Source: Callorhinchus milii (Eukaryota). From it: a stretch of 64,000 nt of DNA. Below are positions 36,991 to 50,615 of this stretch, piece after piece (within the stretch, counting starts at the first letter, position 1; every line of letters starts with the position of its first letter). The translations under genes and the position numbers were made by a program. The notes under the pieces are model-generated. The model was not told the origin of the DNA, made no database searches, and saw nothing but the letters and a program-made list of their open reading frames with translations. The stretch lies in assembly GCF_018977255.1 (NCBI RefSeq), contig NW_024704743.1:89902001-89966000 (forward strand), written 5' to 3'.

Positions 36991-38332
36991 TTTGGTTAGC
37001 CATGTGTCTAACACATATGCAGAAAGCCATCACCCTGCTTAAGAGTATCCAAAGCAGACTGAGAGTTCCATACATGTATGTGAACTACACATAGAAAATT
37101 TCTTTGTCTGGAATGTTCAGCTAGGACTACCGTATCCATTAGACCTTGCAAGGTTAACAGGAGCCGAGTGGAAACAATCCCCACTTGGTGAGCCCTTCCA
37201 AGTCCTGCCAGTGAGCCAGAGTAGCTGGTAGCAGTTACACATCACATACTCTGTCTTAGCTCTCAACAAGGCCATCAGCAGGGCCCTGGAGTGCTGCAGA
37301 CCCACCTGGTTCAGGAACTGGACTCTCAAGCCTGGATTCTGATATTCCATTGCCAAGCATATCACCTTGGAACCAGCTGAGCTCCAAGGAGACGCTGCTT
37401 ACCTCCTCCCCAAGGCTGTGACTGTGATGGTCCCAAGATCACATTGTGCTGACATTGACAGACGTATTTATGCAAAGAAAGATTACATTAAAATGGGAAC
37501 TATATTAAGTGAAGTCAGGAGATATGTCAAAGAAGTACCGACTACTCACGCATTTCCTATTGTTTTAAAAATAATGTGAAATAACATCATTCACTTTTTA
37601 AACGTATAAAAAATGCACAGACTGCAATCTAATCAAAGGATTCAGGTGATATTAATAACCCCTGGTAGCAAAGGCTGAGAGGTTTATAAATATCGCATGA
37701 AGCACTGAGATTTGATTATAGACTTGAAATCATTCCCTGGCTCTGGATTTTATTTATTATAGATGCTGGTTCAATTATTTCTGGGGTTTTCATTCAGTTT
37801 TATTACCAGCTTCATATGCCTGTAACAGTATTCTTCATCTTCATGAGGGGAACATATAGCAGAATTAAAAATGGGGACATTCAGAACATTAGTTTTTATT
37901 CTACAATTATTTTATGAGGATCTTCAGTTAAGTATCCCATTTATGTTTGCATTTTCACCATTTCTTTCTGATACCTGGAATTGAAAGAGCAGTTAGTGCT
38001 TCTATTGCACTTCCAGTGGCCCTGGTAACCGACTTCTCTGAGAGTCCTGAAAATGTCCTTAACTCTCTCTCCTTCTTCACTCCCGTCCCCTTTACCCACA
38101 TAACTTGTCTCAAAATTTCCCGACTGAATTAGTTTAGACCAGAATCATTATTACATGGAATTGGTTATGAAACATCACATTTTCTCCCCAATGATCTTAT
38201 ACGAGAATACACAACACTCTCTGTAGGTGTGGGCTTGTGTAGGGACAATTGGATTATTTCTGTGGAATCACTCTATGCAATTCCAATTAAATGAGGCAGT
38301 GCTACAACCCTCTGTTCATCTCTCCCTCATAC

Positions 38333-38646
38333 GTGGAGTCCTGTAGCTCAGTGGTTAGAGCACTCGATTTGCAAGTGAGAGACCTGAGTTCAATTCCAGG
38401 CAGGGCGAAACCTTGGGCAAGTTTCCTTACTCCACACGCCTAATAGTAATCCCTCCAAAACCAAAAACAATAATAAATTGGTCATTTTCAATCCACAACT
38501 GTTTGTGGGACATTGCTGTGCGCAATTGGCTGCCGCATTCGCCCACAAATATACAGTCAATTCACTTTACAGTGTGTTCTGTGAAGCGCTTTGGGACGTC
38601 CTCCCGACGTGAAAAGCGCTATATGAAATGCAAGTATTATTATTAT
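38333..38646 (+). mobile_element. Full-length young tRNA-Ala SINE
   Basis: Same family as the 23717 copy. Confidence 0.92.
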
Positions 38647-38684
38647 AAGCCACATGTCTGTCTCCAGGGCATTTAGAGCTGATT

Positions 38685-39260
38685 TTCGCCCTGCTTGAAG
38701 GCCTTCCCAACTCCTCCCTCCACAGGCCTCAGATAATCCAGAACTCTGCAGCCCGTGTCCTCTCCCGCACCAAACTCCGTGACTCCATCTCCCTCATTCC
38801 TGCCTGACTGCATTGGCTCCCTATCCTTCAGAGGATCCAGTTTAAGATCCTGGTCCTCACCTATAAAGCCCTCCCTGGCCTCGCCCCACCCTACCTCTGC
38901 GACCTCCTAACCCCCTACCAACCCGCCCACTTCCTCCGCTCCGCCGGCTACAGCCTACTCCACGTCCCCCAACCCACCCGCCCCATCATTGGCGGGAGAG
39001 CCTTCAGCCACTCTGCCCCCAATCTCTGGAATTCCATCCCCCAATCACTCCGCCTCGCCCCCTCCTTAGCCTCTTTCAAGTCCCGCCTCAAAACCCTCCT
39101 CTTCGACCATACCATCGGCCACCCCCTTCCCCTCCGCTCCCTTCTCCCCCCTTGACCCCAGCTCAGGTCTGAAATGTTGTATACAATGTCCAGCGCCTTA
39201 GGACATCCTCTCGACGTGAAAGGCGCTATACAAATGTAATCTTGTTGTTATTGTTGTTGT
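38685..39260 (+). mobile_element. L2 3' fragment
   Basis: IIQNSAAR and LHWLPI coding remnants with a (TTG)n tail. Confidence 0.85.
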
Positions 39261-39689
39261 ATTTTCCTCCAAGCCTCTTTTGCTGAAAACTGCCTTCGTT
39301 TTTTCAGCCTCCATTCTTTTAGCTTGCAGGCTTGTACTCACAATAAGCAACCATTGGGAAGGATCTAGCAGTCAACAAAATAAAGTTGCAAATCATAACA
39401 CGTTAAGCCAATGGCATCTACTTTGCAGACATGCAGATGTTTGCCTGTTGCTGGGGTGATATGAAATCCAAACCACATTATCAACTGGGTCAAATAATTT
39501 CCATACTACTGGGATTCTGTGAATGCTGCATAACTAGTTCTGGAAACACTTCAATTCAATAGAAATTATTGCTAATTTTACAAATGAGGAACATTGCAGA
39601 GGAAGCTATAATGCACGGTGACGGGGCTGTCAGTGTGTGCTGTGGTGCAAAGCTAGCAAAATAATCATCCAAGACTCTGAAACTCAAAC

Positions 39690-41546
39690 TGAAGCCCAGC
39701 TCCTCCGCCTACCCTCTCACGCCTCGCCCATCCTCACCCAAATGCTAAATGCGAGGCGATGCTGGACTTCCTCGAATCCAAGTTCAAGGGAATCCGCTCA
39801 GCTGTCTCTGTCACTGCATCTGCTGCACCCTTCCCATCTGCTCCTCCCACCCCGGCCCCTACCCATCCCTTCCTCCACACCTTTGAACTTGTCTCCCCCT
39901 CCTCTCTCATCACCACCATAACCCGTATGAAACCGATCACCTGTTCCCTTGACCCCATTCCTACCCTTTTCCTTACCTCCCAGCTCCACCTCCTTGCCCC
40001 TCTACTCACTGACATCCTAAACCTCTCCATGTCCTCTGGTACTGTTTCCATTCCATTAAAAAACGCTGTCATCACTCCTATTCTTAATAAAATCCTCCAT
40101 GGACCCTTCTCTACTCCCAAACTACTGCCCCATCTCCAACCTCCACTTCCTCTCCAAGGTTTTGGAACAAGTTGTTGCTTCTCAGTTTCGCTCCTTCCTC
40201 GCCCGCCACTCCCTTCACAAACCCCTCCAATCAGGTTTCCGTGATGCCCACAGCACAAAAACAGCCCTGGGCAAAGTGACAAATGACTTTCTGTCCATCT
40301 GTGACTAGGGCTCCCTCTGCCTCCTCGTCCTCCTTGACCTCTCTGCTGCTTTCGACAATGTTGACCACTCTATCCTCATCCACCGCATCTACTCTCACCT
40401 CAACCTCCATGGCTCTATCCTTGACTGGTTCAGATCGTACCTCTCACACTGCCTTTACTTCATCTCCACAAACGGCTTCTCCTCTTGCCCCCATACCGTC
40501 TCTTGCGGCATTCCTCAGGTCTCTGTCCTTGTTCCCCTCCTCTTCAATATCTATATGCTCCCTCTTGGTGACATCATCCGCAGACATGGGGTCAACTTCC
40601 ACATGTACGCGGATGACATCCAACTCTACATCTCTGCCTCCAACCTTGACTCCAGGACGATGGAATATCTGTCAGACATCAAGTCCTGGATGAGAGCTAA
40701 CTTTCTTCAGTTTAACGTCAACAAGACCGAGGCTCTCCTGATTGGCTCCCGTCAGCACCTCATCACCTCAGGCACTGACAGCATCACCATCCATGGTTGC
40801 ACACTCCACCTTACTAAGCCAGTCCAGAACCTTGGCATTGAAATTGGAACCCACATCTGTGCCATGAACCCGCTCTGCCTTCCTCCACCTTTGCAACGTC
40901 ACCCGGCTCCGCCACTGTCTCACACCACTGGTCGCCGAAACCCTCATACATGCTTTCATTACATCGAGGTTTGACTATGCAAACTCATTGCTTGTCGGCC
41001 TCCCCAACTCCTCCCTCCACAGGCTGCAGATCATCCAGAACTCTGCAGCCCGTGTTCTCTCCTGCACCAGGCTCCACGACCCTATCACCCCCATCCTCAC
41101 CCAACTCCACTGGCTTCCCATCACACAGAGGATACAGTTCAAGATCCTGCTCCTCACCTTCAAAGCCCTCCATAGTCTTACTCCCCCCTACCTCTGCGAC
41201 CTTCTAACCCTCTACCATACTGTTTGCTTCCTCCACTCAGCGGTCTCTGGCCTGTTGCACGTCCCCGCCTTGCTGGCCCCACCACTGGCAGGTGGGCCAA
41301 CCGCCACTCTGCCCCACTCTGGAACTCTATCCCACAGTCCCTTCACCTCGTCCCCTCCCTTGCCACCTTCAAGACCCATCTCAAGACCCTCCTCTTCGAT
41401 CGTGCTTTCGATCTCCCTGCTTCCCCCCTGCCCTCCAACCTCCCTGACTTCCAACTCGAGCCCGTAACTCGGTTCTGTCCAGCGCCTTGGGACATCCTCC
41501 CAACGTGAAAGGCGCTTTACAAATGTAATTTTGTTGTTGTTGTTGT
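39690..41546 (+). mobile_element. 5'-truncated L2 LINE, ~1.85 kb
   Basis: TCSLDPIPT, QSGFR, YADDIQLY and HWLPI motifs across frameshifted ORFs; (TTG)n tail. Confidence 0.92.
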
Positions 41547-41809
41547 TTACACAGCTCTAATCCTAGTACCTACTGAGCTTTTCATTTTCGGGGGGCAGTT
41601 GGAATCAAATCAACTCTCTGTGGTCATCTCAGTATTCTAGTTCCAGAGCCAGTCAGGTCCACAGTACTGAAGGTGTTGCCCAGCCAGCCTGGCTCAATGG
41701 CAGGACGCGAACGGGAGACCGGTCATTGGGGCCAGGAATTCTTCATACTCAGATCCTGTTAATCCTGGACATTGCTTCCAATGGCAAGCTAATGCAGTTA
41801 CAGCTGGTT

Positions 41810-42200
41810 AACAACAAGAACAACAAAATTACATTTGTATCGTGCCTTTCACATCGGGAGGACGTCCCAAGGCGCTGGACAGTCAGTGTTTCGGACCCAA
41901 ACTGGAGGTCGGGATCGGGGAGGATGGAGGGCAAGGGGGGAAGGAGGGCGATCAAAGGCATGGTCGAAGAGTAGTTAACATCTTGGGAAGATCTTGAGAT
42001 GGGTCTTGAATGAGGCAAGGGAGGGGTAAGACGGAGGGAATGTGGGATGGAGTTCCAGAAGGTGGGGGCAGAGTGGCTGAAGGCTCGCCCGCCAATAGTC
42101 AGGTGGGGAACGGGCAGGCCAGAGCCCGCTCAGCGGAGGGAGCGGGCAGGTTGGTAGGGGGTTAGGAGGTCGTAGAGGTAGGGAGGAGCAAGGCCAGAAC
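41810..42200 (-). mobile_element. L2 3' fragment, tail-to-tail with 39690-41546
   Basis: Reverse-complement similarity to 41170-41546. Confidence 0.85.
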
Positions 42201-42589
42201 CCAACTGAGATGATTCTGAGCATGGTTGGAGGGACAGTTTGACCATGGAGGAGCTGGAGGAGAGTGTGAGTAGAAGGGAAAAGACGCATTATTTTTAAAG
42301 AAAAAGGGATTAGAGGCATATACAAGACAGGGAGAGATTGCACTTGATATTGAGACCAGGCTGTTTGATAAACTCCAGCAGCTATTTATGATACTCCATG
42401 CCTATGTGCTTCTCTGGCATGAACATAAAGTTGTTTGGAATTCGAAGTGGAAACTGACAAACAATGGGGGAGTGGGGGTGGAGGAAGTACTCCATTATGG
42501 AAATAGTTTGTGTTGGAGCAGAGATTAGCATGATGTTTTATTGGACTGAGTCCCTGTTGCACACTTAGGTTTCTTTATTCTTTATGAAC

Positions 42590-42940
42590 TTGGATTCATA
42601 TAGCGCCCTTCATGTGGGGCAGCGTCTCGGAGCACTTAAGAGTTGGGAGAGGATGGCACAGAGCCGGGGGAAGGGAGGAGGTGACCCTAGGCAAGGTCGA
42701 AGAGATAGATCTTCAGTCGTGATCTGAAGGAGGGGCAAGGCAGAGGGATTGGGGGAGGGAATTCCAAAGCTTTGGGGCGTAGTAGCTAAAATGCGGCCGC
42801 TGATGGTTGAGCGCAAGGGACGAACGACAAGCAAGAGGCCAGAGCCAGCTTAGTGGAGGCAGTGGGTGATAGAGTGGGGAGAAAGCTGGTCAGAAATAAA
42901 GGAAGGTGCCAGGGCCTAAATGGATTTGTAGATGAATTAG
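42590..42940 (-). mobile_element. Diverged L2 3' fragment
   Basis: Degenerate L2 3' end with GGAATTCCA and CCGCTGATGG blocks. Confidence 0.6.
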
Positions 42941-43196
42941 GCATTCCTGAGGCATTTGCTGTGTTTCATAATCCATTTGATCTGTTAACACATTAGAATA
43001 CAATGCTTATTTCCATCCATTCCTAATTACTGGCTGTGAAAATAAATTCCCCAGATGTTCACACAGAGAATTGATCTGATTCATGATCTGAAAGAAAAAC
43101 TCACGTGGGAAAAAACTTTATGTGGAAAATCGGCAAAGCTGGCACAACTGATTTTAAAAAGCTGGAGGCAACTTTCAGAGGATACTGATTGAGTTA

Positions 43197-43574
43197 TAAT
43201 AATATAATAACAATCCTTGCATTTGATATGGTGCCTTATCATGTCTTTAAAACGTCTCAAAGTGCTTTACAGAATATACTGTAAAGTGAATTGACTGTAT
43301 ATTTTGTGGGCGTAACACGGCAGCCATTTGTGCACAGCAGTGTCCACAACCAGTTGTGGATTGAGTGACCAAATTATTTTTTTTTTGGAGGGATTATTAT
43401 CCCCAGAAAGGCGATCTGTCAATTGACTATCAACTGGGTTTCTACTTACTGCTAGGTAAATAGAGGCGTGTGGAGTAAGAAAAATTGCCCAATGTTTCGC
43501 CTTGCCCGGGAATCAAACCCAAGTTTTCTCACTTGCGAGACAAGTGCTCTAACCACTAAGCTACAAGACTCCAC
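43197..43574 (-). mobile_element. tRNA-Ala SINE, longer and more diverged variant
   Basis: Same head and tail as the young family, plus a 62-nt internal segment at 43402-43463. Confidence 0.85.
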
Positions 43575-46551
43575 AAATGTTATGCTGGTGCTGGATTACA
43601 TTACTAAATCAGTTGAATTTAGATCACCCAGCCATCATACTCAGGCTGTATTGTGCCTGCTTAGATCGCACCTGAAATACTGCATGTAGTTCTAGTCACT
43701 GCAACATAAGAGGAGTACCCAGGCCCTGGAGACCATACAGAAAAGAGCAATGAGGATGATCTCTAGCATTAGAGTAAGGAGCTATATACTAAACCATGTA
43801 CTTCTGTCTTCAGATCAAATGAACCAAACGACCTTCTTCATCCAAACCAATCTTGTGAACTTATGAAATCTGTATCTTGTTCTTAACTGCAGTCACATCC
43901 CCATCTCCATGTTTGGAGCACGACTCACCCTCCCTCACTGTCCTCCAACCCCTCCCCACCTCAGTACAATATTAGCGAGCAAGGATTTCTCTGCTCCTGC
44001 CGCTCCTGCCATTGATGGAGATAATTAATAAGAATAATTCTTACATTTGACATAGCGCCTTTCACATCAGGAGAGCAACTCAAAGCTCTTCACAGGATAC
44101 ACCGTAAAGTGTAGTCATTGTGTATTTTGTAGGTAAAAATGTTATAAGTGTAAGATTGGATTTTGAGTCATGCATTGTTTTAATCATCTAAACTGAGAAA
44201 ACATTGTGATATTCTCTATGAATCTGACTTGAGTCCAATTTGATTGGTTTGGATGCTGAGGTCTCTTAAGCGTTTACTTATAAAATGGACCTATCAGCTA
44301 TTCCAGCCTCACAGAATCATAAGAGCTGCAGACGCTTTTTGCAACACCGCACTTCATCTCTTATATTGGTCCCAAGTGGCTCTGGTTCTGCTGAATGAGA
44401 GATTGTTAAAGAAAAAGCTGTGACATTTAAGTGAACACACTTACTCAGATAGTATGAAAACCAACGCCTTCTCCACCCTTTCTCCCCCCGGGGTTCATTA
44501 ATAGGAGTTTCGTTCCCGGAACTCAATTCTCTGCAAATTGGTAATGTTTATTGAATAGTAAAGGGATGATGGTTTACAAGTCAGCACATCCACTTATGCA
44601 ATATCCACAGCAGCAGAAGATTCTACCTGCAATATTCCTGTAACAGTCATGTGGTTCTCAGGAGCTCCAGTGCCCAGCAAGCCTGGACATGCTTTTATGC
44701 AAATCTCAGATCTCCAGACACAGCTTGAGTCGAAATGACATTCTGTTCATTGTCAACAAATCACAATATGTCAAGATGTTCAGTATGCCATTCAATTCGC
44801 AGGGAATTTTTCTCCCGCTATTAGCAGAGGTCAGTCAATATTCCTAAAACTTGTGGGTCTTTTTTCCTGGATTTTTCTGTGATTCTGGAACCATTATTTT
44901 TTGTCATGCAGAGAATGCAAAAAATAATCAAATGTTGGTTTGTAGATATACCAATGTGTTTTAATGTGATGATGACAAATCACTGAATGTCATCAGGCTT
45001 CCTCACTCTAGATCTCTGACTTTTCATCGTCAAGTCACGCCTCAAAGGCAGGTGGAAATCAAATTGAGTTTAAACTGTGTTACAAGCTGCCTTTGGAGAT
45101 AAACTAGTCATGTAAAAGTGGTATAATACAGGAACACACATCCACTCAAATCATTTTGCACCTTGTTAAAATTTAGCAGATAAACACGCTCTATGGTGTT
45201 TGGACTGTCTGTGGGACGTTGCTGTGTGAAAATTGGCTGTCGTGTTCATCTACAAGTTTCACAATCATTACACTTTGCAGAATATCTTGTGATGTGTTTT
45301 GAGACATGCTAAATCAAATGCAAGGATTATTAGGATTCTTATTATTTAGGGATTTGTGAAAGCTGTGTTGAAACAGAGTCTGTAATATTAAAATGGAGAA
45401 GGAAGTACTTTACTTCAAGGGGATAAACAAAACAGCAGGGACTAACCCACAATCATCCCATGAGAGAGCCCACCTGAAAACTAAAGAAATAACTTACATT
45501 TTTAGCATCTTATCACATTAAAAAATCTCATATCTCATCTTGAGATGGTTTGGTGACACATCAATTCACATCGTAGCTGTATAAATTATTAGATTATGGT
45601 TCTACATCCAAATGATTCCTGGAAGGTTAGTAGGTAGTCTATAGGACAAATCTTGTTACTTCATCTTTTACAGGCAACATGATGAGGAGTGTAAAGTTTG
45701 AGTGCGCTTCCTGCTCCACAATACTCTACTGTTGACAGCCATATTGCTTTTGCTTCCAAGCAGTATAAACAGGGCATGAGTTGAGTGAGGATTTTCAGGA
45801 AAGGGGTTAGGGGCTAGGACATTGAATTTGTTTGAAAAGCAGTGTGATTCTGTGATATGTGGGGTGGGAGGGGGGATTGAAAGGGTGGGTGTTCTGGAAG
45901 ATGAGATCAGATGAGCCTTGTTCATCCGTAATCTTGTGAACACGGAACACCTAATATTTTGTAGAAACTAAGCAATATGGAAAACTATATGATGTTCAGA
46001 AGTCTTATTAAAAATAAAAGCCAGATTCTGACTTAGAGAAAGTCCTTTGCTTTGTATTATTGATGTCTCACTTTAGTATAAAATGGTCATGGGGGGACTC
46101 TGCTTGCTATTAGCATCAGAGAATAACTAGCCCATTACCTGAGCTTGATCAGCAAGCACAGCAAGGTCCCACAAACAAAAAGTTAAAAAAAACTTTTTTT
46201 ATCAAGGATTGTTGGCGCAGACATTGGGAGAAACTTCTCTTTTTGAACAGAGAATCTTTAATTTCCACCTGAATAAGCAGACCTTGGATTAGCGTTTCAT
46301 CCCAAGCATGGCACCTCTGACAAAGCTGTGCACTGCATTACATTGGAGTGACAACCTAAATCATAAGCTCAAAGTCCCCAACATGGGAACTGAATCCAAA
46401 ATTTCTGACTCAGAAGCGAGAATTCTACCAACTGAGGTAGACTGACACCTTACATAAAATCCTGTGAGCAGAATAATTAGTATGGAGTAAATGTTAATCC
46501 CTCATCATACACTGGGTAATAATAACACTAATAATCCTTTCATTTGATATA

Positions 46552-46610
46552 CAACAACAACAACAAGATTACATTTGTATAGCGCCTTTCACGTCGGGAG
46601 GACGTCCCAA
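46552..46610 (-). mobile_element. Minimal L2 tail inserted into a SINE tail
   Basis: (CAA)n plus the L2 terminus, flanked by ATATA at 46547-46551 and 46610-46614. Confidence 0.75.
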
Positions 46611-47874
46611 TATAGTGCTGAACATAAATGTAGCTTACAATTCATGGGTGATACATACAGTGGAGCCCTGTTATACCACTGTACTTGGGATTCAAACTGG
46701 GCTATAGCAAGGCATAATTGTCACTGCCATGATGGGGGATCGACACTCTTCATGTGCACAGAAAGCAGCCGGCTCCCTTGGCACACCACTGATGACAGGA
46801 TTTGAAGCTCGCTTTAGATTGTGTCATCAAGCTTTTCAGTGCCACAACACGATAACACATTTGAATGTTGGGATTTTCAATGAGTAGGTAGGAAAATTTC
46901 AGGTTTCATTTCACTGTTATATCAAAATAACGGAAATCAAAATAGTGGTGTTATTACAGTGAAGCACGTTAACTGAACTGTTGGTGAGTTGTTATGAGTG
47001 GTTTCAGCACAGATTCCTCTACCCCCCACCCTGTTCTCCCTCCTGACCCAAAATTATTGAGTTCCTGAAGCAAAACTTCAACAGGAAATGTAATTTGTGT
47101 TTGGCATAGATCATGCCATTTAAATCATACCATTTTAGATTTATTGGCGCTTGGGACTTTCTTGCCTGACCTCAGTTAGCGTTTATTGTTAATACTGTAT
47201 TAGGCTTCAAGTCAGAAGTCAGTAAAACATTTTCAATAATATGAACGGTAAAGTTAACAAGATTAAAAAACTGTTAGATGGTGGAAATATTCACCCCCAC
47301 CCATCTCCCCTCCTTATGTCCCCTCAAGTAATGGGTCTGTGGCATTGACTCCCAGCTTAAACAGTTGCTGCAATATTAATTAACTCCTTCAAAAGGTGAA
47401 CTAGTCCGTGAATAGCATTGGAGGTTAAAGAATGGTGTAGACTGTGACCCAGTAGTTATTCATTGTGTATCGAGCAAAATTCAGGATTTTCTAGCTCTCG
47501 CCTCCAATTAGGTAATTTTTATTCCTTAAATTTGATATACAGTAGTACCTATAACATTATACCCTTTATATATGCTGCACAGGGAAATTCTGTGAAATGT
47601 TGTGACTGTATTTATAGGCAAATATGACAGCTAATTTCTGCACTCCTATGGCTTACAAACTGCCATGAATTAAATGACCAATTTTATTTGAGGATTAAGC
47701 TCCCTTCTCTTCATAAACATGCTATGGGATCTTTAACATCCACCTGAACAGGCAGACAGCAGGAGCTGAGTTTATAGTCTCATCTGAAATATAGCACCTC
47801 CAAAATGCAACAAGTCCAAGCACTGTTTAAGACTAAGTTGCTGTGTCAGCCTAGACCATGAGTTCAGAGTCCAA

Positions 47875-48940
47875 AACAACAACAAAACAATTACATTTCT
47901 ATAGTGCCTTTCACGTCAGGAGGACTTCCCAAGGCGCTGAACGGACAGAGTTTCGGACCTGAGCTGGGGGTCGGGATCGGGAAGGTGGTGGGGGTGTGTT
48001 TAAGAACACGGTCGAAGAGGCGGGTCTTGAGATGGGTCTTGAAGGTGGTGAGGGAGGGGCTGAGGTGGAAGGACTGCGGGATGGAGTTCCAGAGCGTGGA
48101 GGCAGAGTGGTTGAAGGCTCGTCCAGCGATGGTGGGGTGGGCGAGGCGGGGGACGTGAACCAGGCTGGAGCCCGCTGAGCAGAGGGAGCCAGCAGGTTGC
48201 TAGGTGGTTAGGAGGGCACAGAGGTTGGGGGGAGCAAGAGCATGGAAGGCTTTGAAGGTGAGGACTAGGGTCTTGAACTGTATCCTCTGTGTGATGGGAA
48301 GCCAATGGAGTCAGGCAAGGATGGGGGTGATAGGATCACGGAGCCTAGTGCGGGAGAGGACACGGGCTGCAGAATGAAAATTATAACAACAACAATAAAA
48401 ATTACATTTGTAAAGCGCCTTTCACATCAGGAGGACATCCCAAGCCGCTGAACAGGCAGAGTTACAGACCCAAGCTGGGGGTCAGGGTCGCGCAGGGTGG
48501 AAGCAGGGAGATCAAAACCAAGGTCAAAGAGGAGGGTCTTGACATGGGTCTTGAGGGTGTCAAGGGAGGGGGTGAGGCGGAGGAACTGTGGGATGGAGTT
48601 TCAGAGGGTGGGGGCAGAGTGGCAGAAGGTCTGCTCGCCAATAGTGGGGAAGTGAGGCAGGAGACATAAAGCAGGTCGGAGCCCGCTGAGCGGAGGGACC
48701 AAGCAGGATGGTAGGGGATGAGGATGTCACAGACGTAGGGGGGAGCAAGACCATAGAGGGCTTTGAAGGTGAGAACCAGGATCTTGAACTGTATCCTCTG
48801 GTTGATGGGAAGCCAGTGGAGTTGGGGGTGATAGGTTCTCGGAGCCTAGTGCAGAAGAGGACATGGGCTGCAGAGTTCTGGATGATCTGCAGCCTATGGA
48901 GGGAAGAGTTGGGGAAGCTGACAAGCAATGAGTTTGCATA
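47875..48940 (-). mobile_element. Two head-to-tail L2 3' fragments (47875-48373 and 48385-48940)
   Basis: Each begins with a (CAA)n tail and the L2 3' end and extends into the IIQNSAA/HWLP region. Confidence 0.87.
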
Positions 48941-49679
48941 GTCTTTTCAAAAGTCTTTACTTCACTCCAATATAATACCAACGACACCTTGCATTAGGAT
49001 AGTGACGCTGGGCACTTGGGCCCTTCATTGCCATTTATAAAACCCTGACTTTCTGAGGTTGTCTCATCAGCTGTCACAAGAAAATCATGTATTTTTCAGT
49101 ACTTGGAATACTGCATTCTAAGATTCATTCATGAGTATAATTATAGCACCGTATGATTCACTGATATATGTACAGATAATTGAAATGCAATTTTTGTTCT
49201 TCCAGATGAATATAGAAATTTATGAAGCAAAAGACTTCACTTATGGCTCATTGATACTTTTAGTTGTGAACAGCCATCAATCATAGGTGTCCTATGAAGG
49301 TACACTTTGGTTGCTGGCCTTTTTTTAGTCTTTGCCAACTTGAGATTCCTAATTTTTCAGCTGAGAATTTCATCAGCTTGTAGACACAAGCAGAAGTTAC
49401 AACACATCTGATTTGCGAATATGGTTAATTTGATCTCAACACAGAACATTCCCTAGTACACGGGGAGAGACTTAAACAGCTCTAGGTGATGGCAGTGATG
49501 TTTTTCACAAAAACATACAAACTAAAACAGAATTAATAAATAAATGGGGAAATGAAAAGAATCTTAATGTTGAGATTATAGGGACATTTGACGATAAATA
49601 AATCTCACGCCATGTGTCTCATTACATGGCTTTAAGAAGGGAAGGTACCTTCCACTGAACTGTTCCAAAACCTCTATGC

Positions 49680-50180
49680 AATAATAATAATCCTTGCATT
49701 TGATGTGGTGTCTTTCATGTCGAGAAATTGTTGCAAAGCACAGGATTTATTGTAACGTGAAATGACTCTGTATGGTAGTCAAACAGGGCAACCAATTTGT
49801 GCACAACAATGAAGTGAATGCCAGAATTTATGTGGGGGCTTGTTGGATAGGACACCAGAAAAAACTCCCTTCTCTTTTTGAATTATGCCATGGGATCTTT
49901 AATGTCCTTGTAAACTGGCAGACAGGATCTCAGTTTAACTTTTCTGGTGCTGTGATGGAAGGACAGTAAGGTGAGTATGCTGGAAGAATGAGATTAAATG
50001 TGCCGAAAGGCCTTCCTCACGTGAACCAATCTTGTCATCTTATGACCTCCAACAATGCAGTGCCTGCCCCAACACTACATTGGAGTGTTAGCCTAGTCTA
50101 TGTGAGTTCACAGTCCTCATGTGCAGCTTGAACTCACAACCTTCTGATTCAGGTGACTGCTTCTGACTGAGACAAGCTGA
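49680..50180 (-). mobile_element. Older Deu-type SINE with a short internal CR1-end insertion
   Basis: SINE tail at 49680, core at 49885-49935 and head to 50180; CR1-like terminus at ~49945-50045. Confidence 0.6.
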
Positions 50181-50399
50181 CTTTGTTGCAAGGCACGATA
50201 ATTACACACTTACTGTTACTGGTAACTCAGTGACATTCCTTGTAACTGTGTTAAGTTACAAAACAGAAATAACCGGACATAGAAAAGGGGGTTATTTCAT
50301 AAAGAACTCTCCTCCATGTCACATTATCAAGTTTGGTTCATGTGTCAGAGCAGAGTTCCGTGGATTTTCAATAACTAATCCCATTACAAATTGTGAAAC

Positions 50400-50615
50400 C
50401 TGAAATTCTGCTTAGTTTTAGTCTATGAAATTTAAGATTGTGCAGAATTGTGGAAAACCTTCAAAATCAATCTTACTTTGGAAGCTGGTTTTCTGGAGTT
50501 TTTAAAAAGAATTTTTTCCAAATTAAGACTGAATTTAAGAATTTTCTACATTTCTGTTATTTCGTAAATTTAAAAACAAAATAGTCTTACAAGTCAATTA
50601 TAGATAGAATTTCAG
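50400..50615. mobile_element. MITE-like element with 10-bp terminal inverted repeats
   Basis: CTGAAATTCT (50400-50409) and AGAATTTCAG (50606-50615), plus internal inverted arms. Confidence 0.6.
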
